Source: a virus (lineage: Duplodnaviria > Heunggongvirae > Uroviricota > Caudoviricetes). From it: a stretch of DNA of 64,000 bases. The notes beneath the pieces were generated by a model. The model did no database searches. It had not been told where the DNA came from and worked only from the letters and a program-made list of their open reading frames with translations. Location of the stretch: the IMG/VR virus record IMGVR_UViG_3300029288_000054, positions 134,607-198,606 of that record. The stretch is one strand, 5' to 3'. The translations under genes and the position numbers were made by a program. This document shows positions 35,284 to 44,297 of this stretch, piece after piece (position 1 is the first letter of the stretch; the number at the start of each line of letters is the position of its first letter).

Positions 35284-35525
35284 TAGCAGCCGAGTTCAAG
35301 ACAGCCTGCAAACTGGCATTCGACAGAGCGGTTGATCTGTCGGGTGAAAACGACGACAGCTTTTGGGGTTTCGGTCTTCCAGGATTCAAGCCAATCATGG
35401 CGACGATCCGCCAAGCAGCCAAGGCAATCCGCTATCAATGCTGGCAGCTTGATGGGGGTATCGACAACGACAACCTACAGGAATGTCGGGTTGCCTTTCG
35501 TAGGAACGTCACCGTCGTCGGTTAA
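35280..35525 (+). CDS. hypothetical protein
   Basis: ATGA overlap, MIAAEFK. Confidence 0.7.
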   Translation: MIAAEFKTACKLAFDRAVDLSGENDDSFWGFGLPGFKPIMATIRQAAKAIRYQCWQLDGGIDNDNLQECRVAFRRNVTVVG

Positions 35526-35632
35526 TAGTTCCCTCTTCTCGTGCTATAACGTACCGGCGTGGAGAAGGTGACGCGCCACAAAACAGTGGGGCGGGTCTGG
35601 CCGTTAATAGTCACCGCCTGTCGTGCTATAAC
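35522..35632 (+). promoter_or_regulatory. two tandem phage promoters
   Basis: TTAATA-17-TATAAC at 35522-35550 and 35604-35632. Confidence 0.8.
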
Positions 35633-35651
35633 CAAGTAGGAGGAAACCACG

Positions 35652-35894
35652 ATGGGTTATCAGAAAGAGATCGAACTCGCTCGAAGTCTTGGCTACACTG
35701 TCGAACCGCAACGCATGGTCGGTGATCCGCCGATCTTCAGCCGTTCGCGTCTACCACATCCTCGAATCAGGATTTGGGAATGCGTCCATGACTGCAAGAT
35801 TCGTTGGGCGTGTGCCGAGTTGGACAACGGTGGCTGGAAGAATCACCGCTACTATGCGGACTTGACCGAAGCCATCACGAAGGAGGCGAAATGA
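35652..35894 (+). CDS. hypothetical protein
   Basis: AGGAGG RBS. Confidence 0.75.
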   Translation: MGYQKEIELARSLGYTVEPQRMVGDPPIFSRSRLPHPRIRIWECVHDCKIRWACAELDNGGWKNHRYYADLTEAITKEAK

Positions 35895-36274
35895 CGCCGA
35901 TAGCGCATCCAAAGCGTGTCGTTGAGAATGGCAAAGCCTGCATGCGTTGGACCATCAAGGGGCATAAAGGTCTGTTCGCCTTTCGTGTCATAGCCGGAAT
36001 GCGACAACATGGGATGAATGACGAAGTATTGGCAAGGTTCCCAGCGATTACCGGCGACCGGTATATCGAAGCCTATTTTCGACCGGTCGACCAGCCTGCT
36101 CAAGTTTTCGTGGAGAAGATCCGTCTGCGCGGCAAGTCTTACATTCGCATTAGTTGGGCAGGCAACATCCACTACATCCAGGGCAACAAGTGGACTGCGA
36201 AAGTGGAGCAAGAAGCCCGCGACATCTGCAAACAGAGGCATATGCATAGCGTTGCCTTCTATGCGGAAGTTTAA
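35891..36274 (+). CDS. hypothetical protein
   Basis: AGGAGG RBS and ATGA overlap, MTPIAH. Confidence 0.7.
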   Translation: MTPIAHPKRVVENGKACMRWTIKGHKGLFAFRVIAGMRQHGMNDEVLARFPAITGDRYIEAYFRPVDQPAQVFVEKIRLRGKSYIRISWAGNIHYIQGNKWTAKVEQEARDICKQRHMHSVAFYAEV

Positions 36275-36316
36275 TCGGCTGGTCTGTCGTGCTATAACTA
36301 GGTAGGAGGGACGAAG

Positions 36317-36442
36317 ATGAACCGTGACTACTGGTTGGACCAAGCCGAACTACAACTCCAGCAAACAGGAGACGACTACAATGAAGCGGACGTATCGAGT
36401 CTAGCTGACGCTATGATGATCGAGAATCAAGGAGGGTTCTGA
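36317..36442 (+). CDS. 41-aa acidic microprotein
   Basis: Promoter -10 at 36293-36298, AGGAGG RBS; MNRDYWLDQAELQLQQTGDDYNEADVSSLADAMMIENQGGF. Confidence 0.65.
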   Translation: MNRDYWLDQAELQLQQTGDDYNEADVSSLADAMMIENQGGF

Positions 36443-37107
36443 GATCACCGGTGAATAGTTCTTTCTGGCGTCTCTAAACGCCAAGGTTCGTTTCGTGTCA
36501 ATCGTCAATCTCGACGACCACGGAAATAATCCCGCGATGCCTGAACAGGGCACATCTTGGGTATTTCTGTATATCGAACCCCCACCCCTCTATGGGGAGA
36601 GTATAGGTAACTATGCCCCAAAAGTACTACTGTTAAGCCCATGGGGGTCGGGTTTCTCCCTGTATCGAATATATTTTCCGCATGCGTGAGAGGCTGATAT
36701 ATTCCTCTTTCAGTCCAAGCATCTATTAACTACTCTCTTTCCTTCAAGATGATGGTTTTTAGCCTGTGTTTCTTTCAGACTTCACTTTTCGCTTTTAGGT
36801 CGTTCAGATCCGCCAAGACCGGGAAGATTGGGAAGCTGGGGAAGCTCGGCATTTACTTCACGCCCGGACAAAATATTCAATGCACAGGAGGACCCGATAT
36901 CGAATTTCCGCGAGAATAGACTTCCAAATGTGCGAAGGTCGACCTATTCCCAAAGTGACTCTACGATGGGAAAGGGCGGGTGATGTAAACCTTTCAGACC
37001 CAAAATAACGAAAAACTCCGTTTTGGAGCAATTGGCCTGGGGGTCGTAGCTTATATTGGACTCTAGTGCGGAGAAGACGAATCAGGCACCTTTAGACACT
37101 AACAGAG

Positions 37108-37956
37108 TCATTTATCAGGTGCGAAAGGGTTGTTGTTGATCGGTTTGACAATGATTTTCTTATATATCATGATTCCTACTCCGATATGACTATCACCCTT
37201 AGTCTCGTCAGCGTTGAGTGGGCGGTAAAGAGTTTCCCATGCTTTCGCGTTCCATACTACTCTGACAACCTTGTCTTCTAACGTCCAGGCTCCTCTAGCT
37301 GCCCCGTTCATAGTGTTAGTAATATCGACTGCTCCATCTTGGGTGAATGTCCAGTCTCCACGATATCCATTCGATCCCGATACTCTCCATGTTCCAAGCA
37401 GGATTTTCTTTTCGTTTTCTTCATTTTGCTTAATCAACGAATCTGCCTCTATTTCCAGTCGTTTCTCGATGATTTTCTTTTTCAGGCCCTTAACTGAAGA
37501 TCTGGCATAATTATACCATTCGGCGGCTTCTGCTTGTTTCTGTAATCGTGCCTCTCCTCTGATCTTTTCGGCTTCTCGCCATAAATCTTGTCCTGCCTCG
37601 AATTGGTCGTCGGCGTCGGTAATGTCGTCTTCCGGCTCGAAACGGTCAGCGATGGCTGCAGATGCCGCGAAAGCGACGATCTTGTCGTTGCCACTTACGG
37701 CCAATTGACGTGCTAGCTGACAAAGGCGAAGCCGCTCATAGCCGGGCGTCTTGAGGGCTACTGCCAGCATTTCTTTGGCTAGCTTAGCTTTTTGAGTTGA
37801 TGTCTTGGCTGCCTTGATGTCGGAGCCATATGCCGATTGGATTTCGTCTTCACCTTTAGTTATCTCGTCGTCGGTGGGGCGAGGGAGAAGCTTGTCGGCG
37901 GCGTAAATGGGCGAAAGCAGGGATAACGAAAAAAGCGCAATTAGCAAGATTCTCAT
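37108..37956 (-). CDS. secreted helical protein with signal peptide
   Basis: MRILLIALFSLSLLSPIYA signal; LPRP...I..AY...KLAKEML...A..LA..GN...A helical module I associate with planctomycete proteins. Confidence 0.75.
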   Translation of the reverse strand: MRILLIALFSLSLLSPIYAADKLLPRPTDDEITKGEDEIQSAYGSDIKAAKTSTQKAKLAKEMLAVALKTPGYERLRLCQLARQLAVSGNDKIVAFAASAAIADRFEPEDDITDADDQFEAGQDLWREAEKIRGEARLQKQAEAAEWYNYARSSVKGLKKKIIEKRLEIEADSLIKQNEENEKKILLGTWRVSGSNGYRGDWTFTQDGAVDITNTMNGAARGAWTLEDKVVRVVWNAKAWETLYRPLNADETKGDSHIGVGIMIYKKIIVKPINNNPFAPDK

Positions 37957-37968
37957 GATGTCCTCCGG

Positions 37969-38532
37969 TTATTCTGGTCCTTGTGGTTTAGATGGCAAAT
38001 CAGTATCGGCAAAAAGAGTCATGACTGCTCTTATGATATCAGTGCGAGGAACACCATATTTCGATGCAACCTCGTCAAGTTCTTCGATATTCGATATGCT
38101 GACGGGCCAGATTCTTATATTATCAGCACGTCGCTGACTAAATCCGGCAGACTGTAAGTTTTTATCGACAACCGGTAGAAATGTGTCAATGGCTTCGTCC
38201 AATGCATCACGAAAATTACCGGTCTTTACCTTAGCCCTTGCTCGCTCAACAATTTCCGGTGCGAAGCCTATCTTCACCATTTCACGCTTGCCGATTTTAC
38301 GCCGCATGCCTTTCGGAATATCTCCGATATCCGGAAATTGGTGTCCGCAGCCACACTTTTGGTCACGCCATTTAACCCATCCTCTGCATACCGGACACAT
38401 CCGACGACCGGTACCCGGCGTATAATGGACCAAAACGCCGTTGACGTCGCGAAAGAAAACAAAGCCACATTGGCATGTTGATACGGCACCTGGAACGTGT
38501 TTGAAGCAGTTAGGACAATGCTTATTTGCCAT
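37969..38532 (-). CDS. double zinc-ribbon protein with ribbon-helix-helix-like C-terminus
   Basis: CPNC..CQCG and CPVC..CGCG; ELDEVASKYGVPRTDIIRAVM. Confidence 0.7.
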   Translation of the reverse strand: MANKHCPNCFKHVPGAVSTCQCGFVFFRDVNGVLVHYTPGTGRRMCPVCRGWVKWRDQKCGCGHQFPDIGDIPKGMRRKIGKREMVKIGFAPEIVERARAKVKTGNFRDALDEAIDTFLPVVDKNLQSAGFSQRRADNIRIWPVSISNIEELDEVASKYGVPRTDIIRAVMTLFADTDLPSKPQGPE

Positions 38533-38610
38533 TTGAAGATCCTTTAGTCCTGGTCTATCTTATCTGGAAGTTAGCAGACGCCGTTTCGCATTACACGTTT
38601 AGTTTCCACA

Positions 38611-39936
38611 TTATTGATGAGCCCTCAACAATTTCTGACGTGCATACCATTGCTCGTTCGTCATTTCTTTCATTTTTCTAGTCATGCATTTGTCGACCAA
38701 ACGATTCACAGGATGGTTGATACCAGCATTGACACGTATCCGTCTGCCATCGGGATAGATGACGATCGACCATTCGTTCTCGGCATAGATCCGCGTTTTA
38801 TCGGGCAGAACAATTGTCAGATGAACGCCGTCTTTCGTGCCACTTGGCTGTGCGAATATTTTAGTTTGCGGCTTTGTCGGAATTAAGACGCCACGATTAG
38901 GCTCTGGTGGCTTTGGTCGTTCTCGATGCGGCTTAACCCCAGGTTTTATAAGCGTGTCGCGTGAATGGGTCATGCCAAGCGGTAATCCGAGACGCAGACG
39001 TCGTTGGATGGTCGATCTCGTGCATTTGAGGATCATGCACAACTCGTCAAAGGTGCGTTGTTCTCCGTTGTATTCGACTAGCCTATTACTATGCGGTTTG
39101 ACGGCAATCGCGGCTTCTGGTGTGAGATCTTTGAAGCGTTTTCTCATGCGATTTGTGCTAATGCCAAGCTTATCGGCCCATTGCTGGATAGTTAGCGTAT
39201 CGTCGCCAACCGTAATCGTATATTCCGATGGCCGCTCGACATAAGCCCTCCGAATTCGCCCATGTCCTTCTCCGTGTTTGATGCCCTTGTTTGTTTTTAT
39301 CTCGCGATTAGCCCACTTCTCCGGGTCGAGGGCAACATCTGGTGGGTGTCGTTGGAGTCGTTGACAGACTCCCTCTCTTGTAATGCCTAATTTCTTAGCC
39401 CAATCCGATATACGTAGTGTCTCGCCATTGATCGTATAGAAATAGCCGTAAAACAGTTCCTTCCTTGGTTGTGGCGGCTTAACGTAATCGGGTGATAACG
39501 CCTCTTCAATCGAGACATACTTGAGCCGCCCGCGAAGAGTAGATGGGGAGATACCGGCAATCTCGGCTAATTCCCTAGTGAGCCGAATCTCGCCGTTATA
39601 TTCAATCCCCTCTCCCTCGGCTGCTAAAGTGTCCTGGCACAGCAATGCTTCTGGGTTCGTAACACCATAAGATAATCTGCGATAAATGGTGGCTGTTGGG
39701 ACATCGAGTTCGACGGACCATTCACGAACAGTTTGCGTTCTGCCGTCGTAAGTGATCGTCTTAGGGTGTGTCCATCTGCTCTGCCCGGTGGCAGGTGCTA
39801 ATATCTCACACGGTTGCAGACCACGGTTTAGACGCCCTCGGATGGTTGGCTCTGGCAGATTAAGCTCAACAGCCCATTTCCTGATGGTGTGTGTAATACC
39901 ATTTAAAGTAATCGTAACCGGGTTTAGAATGCTCAT
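38611..39936 (-). CDS. tandem HTH-like repeat protein (6 repeats)
   Basis: Six copies of the (I/Y)xxxGxTxTIxxWAxxLGIxxxTxxxRL unit typical of homing-endonuclease DNA-binding tails; leaderless. Confidence 0.8.
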   Translation of the reverse strand: MSILNPVTITLNGITHTIRKWAVELNLPEPTIRGRLNRGLQPCEILAPATGQSRWTHPKTITYDGRTQTVREWSVELDVPTATIYRRLSYGVTNPEALLCQDTLAAEGEGIEYNGEIRLTRELAEIAGISPSTLRGRLKYVSIEEALSPDYVKPPQPRKELFYGYFYTINGETLRISDWAKKLGITREGVCQRLQRHPPDVALDPEKWANREIKTNKGIKHGEGHGRIRRAYVERPSEYTITVGDDTLTIQQWADKLGISTNRMRKRFKDLTPEAAIAVKPHSNRLVEYNGEQRTFDELCMILKCTRSTIQRRLRLGLPLGMTHSRDTLIKPGVKPHRERPKPPEPNRGVLIPTKPQTKIFAQPSGTKDGVHLTIVLPDKTRIYAENEWSIVIYPDGRRIRVNAGINHPVNRLVDKCMTRKMKEMTNEQWYARQKLLRAHQ

Positions 39937-39941
39937 ACAAG

Positions 39942-39970
39942 GTTATAGCACGAAGAGCGGGAACTATTAA
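39942..39970 (-). promoter_or_regulatory. phage promoter
   Basis: TTAATA-17-TATAAC; ATG follows 5 nt later. Confidence 0.8.
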
Positions 39971-39998
39971 CTTCACCACTATTACCTCTGTGATGGGG

Positions 39999-40250
39999 CT
40001 AGCAGACGCCGTGGCATTTAGGGCCGGGCATACTTGCCAAAACTACGCCGTCATCGTAAGCGTGGCCGCTGTGTAGTTCGCTATTGAAAGCACCCGTGCG
40101 ATCTACAACGCTTAATTGGTCCCCTTCGGTCATGAATTCAAGCCGTTCAGGGCATGCTTCCAGGCATCGCTTCATTCGATAAACCCACTTACGCTCTTCT
40201 GGCGTAAGGGATGGGACTTTCAGCTTAGAGTTTTCGATGATTTTAAACAT
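39999..40250 (-). CDS. hypothetical protein
   Basis: 83-aa ORF overlapping the upstream stop. Confidence 0.6.
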   Translation of the reverse strand: MFKIIENSKLKVPSLTPEERKWVYRMKRCLEACPERLEFMTEGDQLSVVDRTGAFNSELHSGHAYDDGVVLASMPGPKCHGVC

Positions 40251-41397
40251 TGTTGCGATTCTCCCAATTCTTTGGAGATAACGCTATTTCTGGCGGGTGT
40301 AATTGCAGTCGGCCAAACAGACTTGAAGGTGTGATCCCAAGTTTCTTGGCCCACTGAGTGAGCGTCATCGTTTCGCCATCACAAGTGAGTGCCTTACGCG
40401 TGTACAGCTTTACGGCTTGCTCGATGGTATGGTCTCGTAGATATTGGTAAAGAGTGTTTTCTTTACACCGTAGCTTGGCTGCCCATTTCCTTATCGACAG
40501 TGTTTCACCATCATGTGTATATTCCTTATCCAGCCAATCAGGGAGACCATCCCAGAATCTTTTCATGTCTCTACTTTTACCAACCCAGGTTGGATTCGCC
40601 GCTGTTATTTGGCGATGAAACTCTTTGTCTTTGTCTATCAGCCGGAGCAATCGTCTGGCAAGCTTGGGCTGTTCCTTGATTGATGGTCGTTTAGTTCCGC
40701 TCGCAGCCATCTCGATGAACATCTTCTTGTCTTCTTCGTCTCGCTGCTGCATGAGTTCAAGCTTGGTATCGCGGAACCAGTCGGGACGAATTAACTTGAG
40801 TTTGGCGGTAAATTCGGCGTCGTAGGCGTGTTGCGAAGGAGAAGTGAATCGCTCGATGGCTTCGGCAAGTCTCTCCAACTCGATGCTGCCAGCGTGTTTC
40901 CTGACTGGTCGTTTGGCCCCAGACAACGCCAACGCCAATATCTCCTCCTTGATCTTGGCGACCCGCTCATCCATGTCGGGGTCGAACCAGTCAGGACGAA
41001 TCTCGGAGAAGATCTCTTGATGCCAATGGACTTGGCTGCACATAGCTGTTTCGTGCGGATCACCCGTCTTTGGCCTAGGGCGTGGGCCTCCGCTCCTGGC
41101 ACGCTGAAGGGCATCTTGCATCGCTTGCTTACCTCGGATATATCTATCAGGGTCGAACCAATTCGAGGGGACGGCGCGCATAGATATATCAAAACAGAGG
41201 TCGTATGAGGCACTACCTTTCAAACAAGCTGACTCCAATGTCCTGGATAGGCTTCTCTCGTCCGAGTCATCACAATATCGGCTAGGACGAGGTTGACCGG
41301 ACCGGATCATCTGCAACAAACGAGCTTTCCGGGCCTCGATTTCTGCCTCGATCGCCTCACGACTCATACCAGCGAACCAATTGGGTTGTCTTGCCAT
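40243..41397 (-). CDS. repeat protein (4 SG..RP...PDWF repeats plus 2 HTH-like repeats)
   Basis: RSGQPRP/RSGGPRP/LSGAKRP/ASGTKRP units ending PSNWF/RPDWF/RPDWF/NPTW; leaderless. Confidence 0.8.
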   Translation of the reverse strand: MARQPNWFAGMSREAIEAEIEARKARLLQMIRSGQPRPSRYCDDSDERSLSRTLESACLKGSASYDLCFDISMRAVPSNWFDPDRYIRGKQAMQDALQRARSGGPRPRPKTGDPHETAMCSQVHWHQEIFSEIRPDWFDPDMDERVAKIKEEILALALSGAKRPVRKHAGSIELERLAEAIERFTSPSQHAYDAEFTAKLKLIRPDWFRDTKLELMQQRDEEDKKMFIEMAASGTKRPSIKEQPKLARRLLRLIDKDKEFHRQITAANPTWVGKSRDMKRFWDGLPDWLDKEYTHDGETLSIRKWAAKLRCKENTLYQYLRDHTIEQAVKLYTRKALTCDGETMTLTQWAKKLGITPSSLFGRLQLHPPEIALSPKNWENRNNV

Positions 41398-41402
41398 AGT
41401 AC

Positions 41403-41472
41403 TTTATAGCACGACGGTAGAAGACCATTAATTCCTGGTCAAGTTAATAATTACCGCTATTCGTGCTATAAC
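41403..41472. promoter_or_regulatory. divergent phage promoter pair
   Basis: Minus strand TTAATG-17-TATAAA and plus strand TTAATA-17-TATAAC. Confidence 0.8.
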
Positions 41473-41489
41473 GTAATAAGGAGAACAAC

Positions 41490-42377
41490 ATGGCTAAATG
41501 GTATGAACCTACTACAGAATGGTTAGGGTTTACGACGAATATGGGCAGGAGTCGTTTTAGAAGTTACACCGACTTCTACCAAGAGATTCTAAAAATTGCA
41601 CACGGTGTTGAACAGAACGGAGTTTTTTCTGAGTATCGGTGGTATGAGGAACACAAACCCTACTATCGGCTGTATCCGGGCGTTATCAAGCCGTTCTTAA
41701 GGGTCGATATCGACAAGGTCGACTGTGGCTGCTTCAAGATGCCAACAGAAACGCTCGCGATTCAGATCCCAAGTGGTTGCGTGGTCGATGGAGAATACGA
41801 GCTACGCAGCGTTCTCATTGCGATGGCTAATGTAGATGATGATAAAGGGATCTATGCCGATATAGAGTATGGTAGAATCGGTGCTACTGTACCAATGCAA
41901 ATGCAACCTGGGAACATCATGTCTGCCGCCCTAACCAAGCCAATAAAGGCGGGTGTAATGTTCGGTGAAATGGTTGGCGACACCTATGACAAGATGCTAA
42001 AGGTGCAGATGCCGACCAAATCGAACACAGTATTGATACCAAAAATGCTGTTTGACGCAGCGATAAAGATCGTATGCGTTTGTTTGTTGTTGGAAAATGA
42101 CCCAGAGATCATTCAACCAGATGTATTGAATGATGATCTGGCGAAGTTTAAACAAACTCTCGATCCGAAGTACATCGAAAAGGCGAAACGACACGGGAAA
42201 TTCGGGTGGGTCATCGGACGAGATATTGAAGTCTCACCGCATATTCGGGCAGCATCACCATTCGCTCTGTATTGGACAGGGAAAGGACGAACGATACCGA
42301 TCATCAGATATCGCAAGGGATGTATTGTTCATCGTGAGTTGGTAGAGAAAGTCCCAACCGGGTTTGAAAATTCTTAA
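41490..42377 (+). CDS. hypothetical phage protein
   Basis: AAGGAG RBS; C-terminal VSPHIR...YWTGKGR motif. Confidence 0.75.
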   Translation: MAKWYEPTTEWLGFTTNMGRSRFRSYTDFYQEILKIAHGVEQNGVFSEYRWYEEHKPYYRLYPGVIKPFLRVDIDKVDCGCFKMPTETLAIQIPSGCVVDGEYELRSVLIAMANVDDDKGIYADIEYGRIGATVPMQMQPGNIMSAALTKPIKAGVMFGEMVGDTYDKMLKVQMPTKSNTVLIPKMLFDAAIKIVCVCLLLENDPEIIQPDVLNDDLAKFKQTLDPKYIEKAKRHGKFGWVIGRDIEVSPHIRAASPFALYWTGKGRTIPIIRYRKGCIVHRELVEKVPTGFENS

Positions 42378-42499
42378 CCGAGGAAGACATCATCAATACG
42401 TACGTCATACCGAATATACCGTTAAGTGAACTGCTGCCAATTTTAGAGGACGACGATGCAATCACAATCGTCGACGATTACAAAGAATATAGCCTGCAA

Positions 42500-43126
42500 A
42501 TGCCTCTCGATCCTACTGTTCCATTCCAGGAGCGTTTGCAGATAGCACAACTATTGGGCGAACCGGTGGACGATGTAGACCAAGGTTGTGCTGCGGCGGG
42601 AATTAGGCTGTTGAAGGTTGAAGACGATCACACTTGGTTCAAAGGTAGAGACTTCTTCGTATCATATTCAGAACATATCCTAGACCGAATAGCTGGGCTG
42701 TTAAATGTGAGAGGAATTAACACAGATTGGTATTCGGAGTGGGATGAAGAATTTGCAACATTTGAAACGAAATTGATGCAAATAGAGACGCCATATAAAT
42801 GTGTATCGCATCTGGGACGGGTGTCAAAAGAGATGCGTGAAATAGCGAAAACGACGGAGCCTTACAAAGCCGATAAAACGTTGCGTACTAAGACGTCAAT
42901 CGGATTTGTTCGTCGTATTGGTGTCGACGGATATCATTTTGATGTATCACTAGTACGCTTGATGGTAAAAGCGGAAGAGTTTTATTATCTAATAATAAGC
43001 AACGGAGATATCAAACCAGAAAAATTTTCAAAGAGAGCAGTGGAGAAGATACGACGTTCTATGATTCGAAACTCAAAAGAGATACCGTTCAAAGAAGGGT
43101 TAGCTTTGCACTTCTTGGGAGACTAA
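42500..43126 (+). CDS. hypothetical protein
   Basis: 208-aa ORF. Confidence 0.6.
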   Translation: MPLDPTVPFQERLQIAQLLGEPVDDVDQGCAAAGIRLLKVEDDHTWFKGRDFFVSYSEHILDRIAGLLNVRGINTDWYSEWDEEFATFETKLMQIETPYKCVSHLGRVSKEMREIAKTTEPYKADKTLRTKTSIGFVRRIGVDGYHFDVSLVRLMVKAEEFYYLIISNGDIKPEKFSKRAVEKIRRSMIRNSKEIPFKEGLALHFLGD

Positions 43127-43597
43127 CCGTTCAAGAATGATAGAAGCGTAGATGGATGCTTCCCTGTTCGGAATGTATCGAACGTCGTCTGGTATTTCGT
43201 TTACATGACACCAGAAATAGGGAGGTGGGTCGGCTGCCGTCCATTTGACACCGTGTATCGCCGCAGCCGTTTTCAAGTGCCTGATGCTGAAATCGACTAT
43301 CTCCTGCTCTTCCAACAGGCCGACCCAGCAGTGCATTTCGGGTAGGTTTCCGAGGGCGACTGAGAAAGCACTGGTAAAGTCGCCGGGACTCCACATATAG
43401 GCGAAATGGGTTGAGATAACGCCATCGTCGTCTTCTGGGCATAAGCAGGGCCACTGCAAGGAGCCAGCCTGTATAACCGCCTTATAACCATGGCGGGCGA
43501 AAACGGCTATCGTCTCTTTAGCGTAGTAGAGGCACAAGCCGGGCCTATCACCAAGACCAGAAATCGCCTGTTCAATCTCTAATGCTAACTCTCTCAT
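43100..43597 (-). CDS. possible transglutaminase/papain-like fold protein
   Basis: GLCLYYA...MHCWV...VDFS (Cys-His-Asp order); leaderless. Confidence 0.5.
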   Translation of the reverse strand: MRELALEIEQAISGLGDRPGLCLYYAKETIAVFARHGYKAVIQAGSLQWPCLCPEDDDGVISTHFAYMWSPGDFTSAFSVALGNLPEMHCWVGLLEEQEIVDFSIRHLKTAAAIHGVKWTAADPPPYFWCHVNEIPDDVRYIPNREASIYASIILERLVSQEVQS

Positions 43598-43602
43598 ACT
43601 AG

Positions 43603-43631
43603 ATTATAGCATGAGAACGAGTAATTATTAA
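43603..43631 (-). promoter_or_regulatory. phage promoter
   Basis: TTAATA-17-TATAAT; ATG follows 5 nt later. Confidence 0.75.
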
Positions 43632-43649
43632 TGTCAGCAAAGTTACAAT

Positions 43650-44297
43650 ATGAAATTAAACCTATTAGCTGAAGCGTGGAGACGGCCAAGGGTAGCAAAA
43701 CCGACACAATATGTCAATCTGTTGAGATTATATGAAAAATACTGTGCTGGTGATAAAGACGCACTAAGGAAATTCGTCGATACTGCAGATGGTATATTAT
43801 TGTTCTATCTCGACAACAAATTTCCATATTATTTGACTATTGAGGACTTGGAGGATGCTGCTAATCGTGCTATAGCATATGTAGCAACACACCAAATGCC
43901 TGGAAAGTTCAAATCGGCTCGTCATCTGTTGAACTATCTCGAAGCTGCGGCTAGAACCGGTGCTATAAACGCCATACAAAAATCGCAGCGATTTGATAAG
44001 GGAAACGTCGGGTATGCATCTTCAAAACCAGAAGAAATACCGAAAACACCAGAACCTCTTGTGCCTCTAGACAAATTGCTTGATGCATATAGAAAATATT
44101 ACGCCGAACAATCGAAGATAAGGCAAATGCCTCCGATGGCGAGATCAGTAAAGATATTGCAGAGACGTGCAAACGGTCAGAGTCTTGAGGAGATTGGCAA
44201 CGATCTTGGGATTACAAGAGAGCGGGTTAGACAGATTGAAGCAAGAGGCATAAGAAACTTGCAAGTCTTTGCTCAACATTATACTTCTGATAACTAG
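43650..44297 (+). CDS. sigma-70-like factor
   Basis: Region 4.2 SLEEIGNDLGITRERVRQIEARGIRNL; degenerate region 2 (EDLEDA...YLEAAAR). Confidence 0.78.
   Translation: MKLNLLAEAWRRPRVAKPTQYVNLLRLYEKYCAGDKDALRKFVDTADGILLFYLDNKFPYYLTIEDLEDAANRAIAYVATHQMPGKFKSARHLLNYLEAAARTGAINAIQKSQRFDKGNVGYASSKPEEIPKTPEPLVPLDKLLDAYRKYYAEQSKIRQMPPMARSVKILQRRANGQSLEEIGNDLGITRERVRQIEARGIRNLQVFAQHYTSDN

Noticed and set aside
36575-36610. GGTTCGA T-loop on the minus strand suggesting a tRNA
   Set aside because: No T stem or acceptor pairing.
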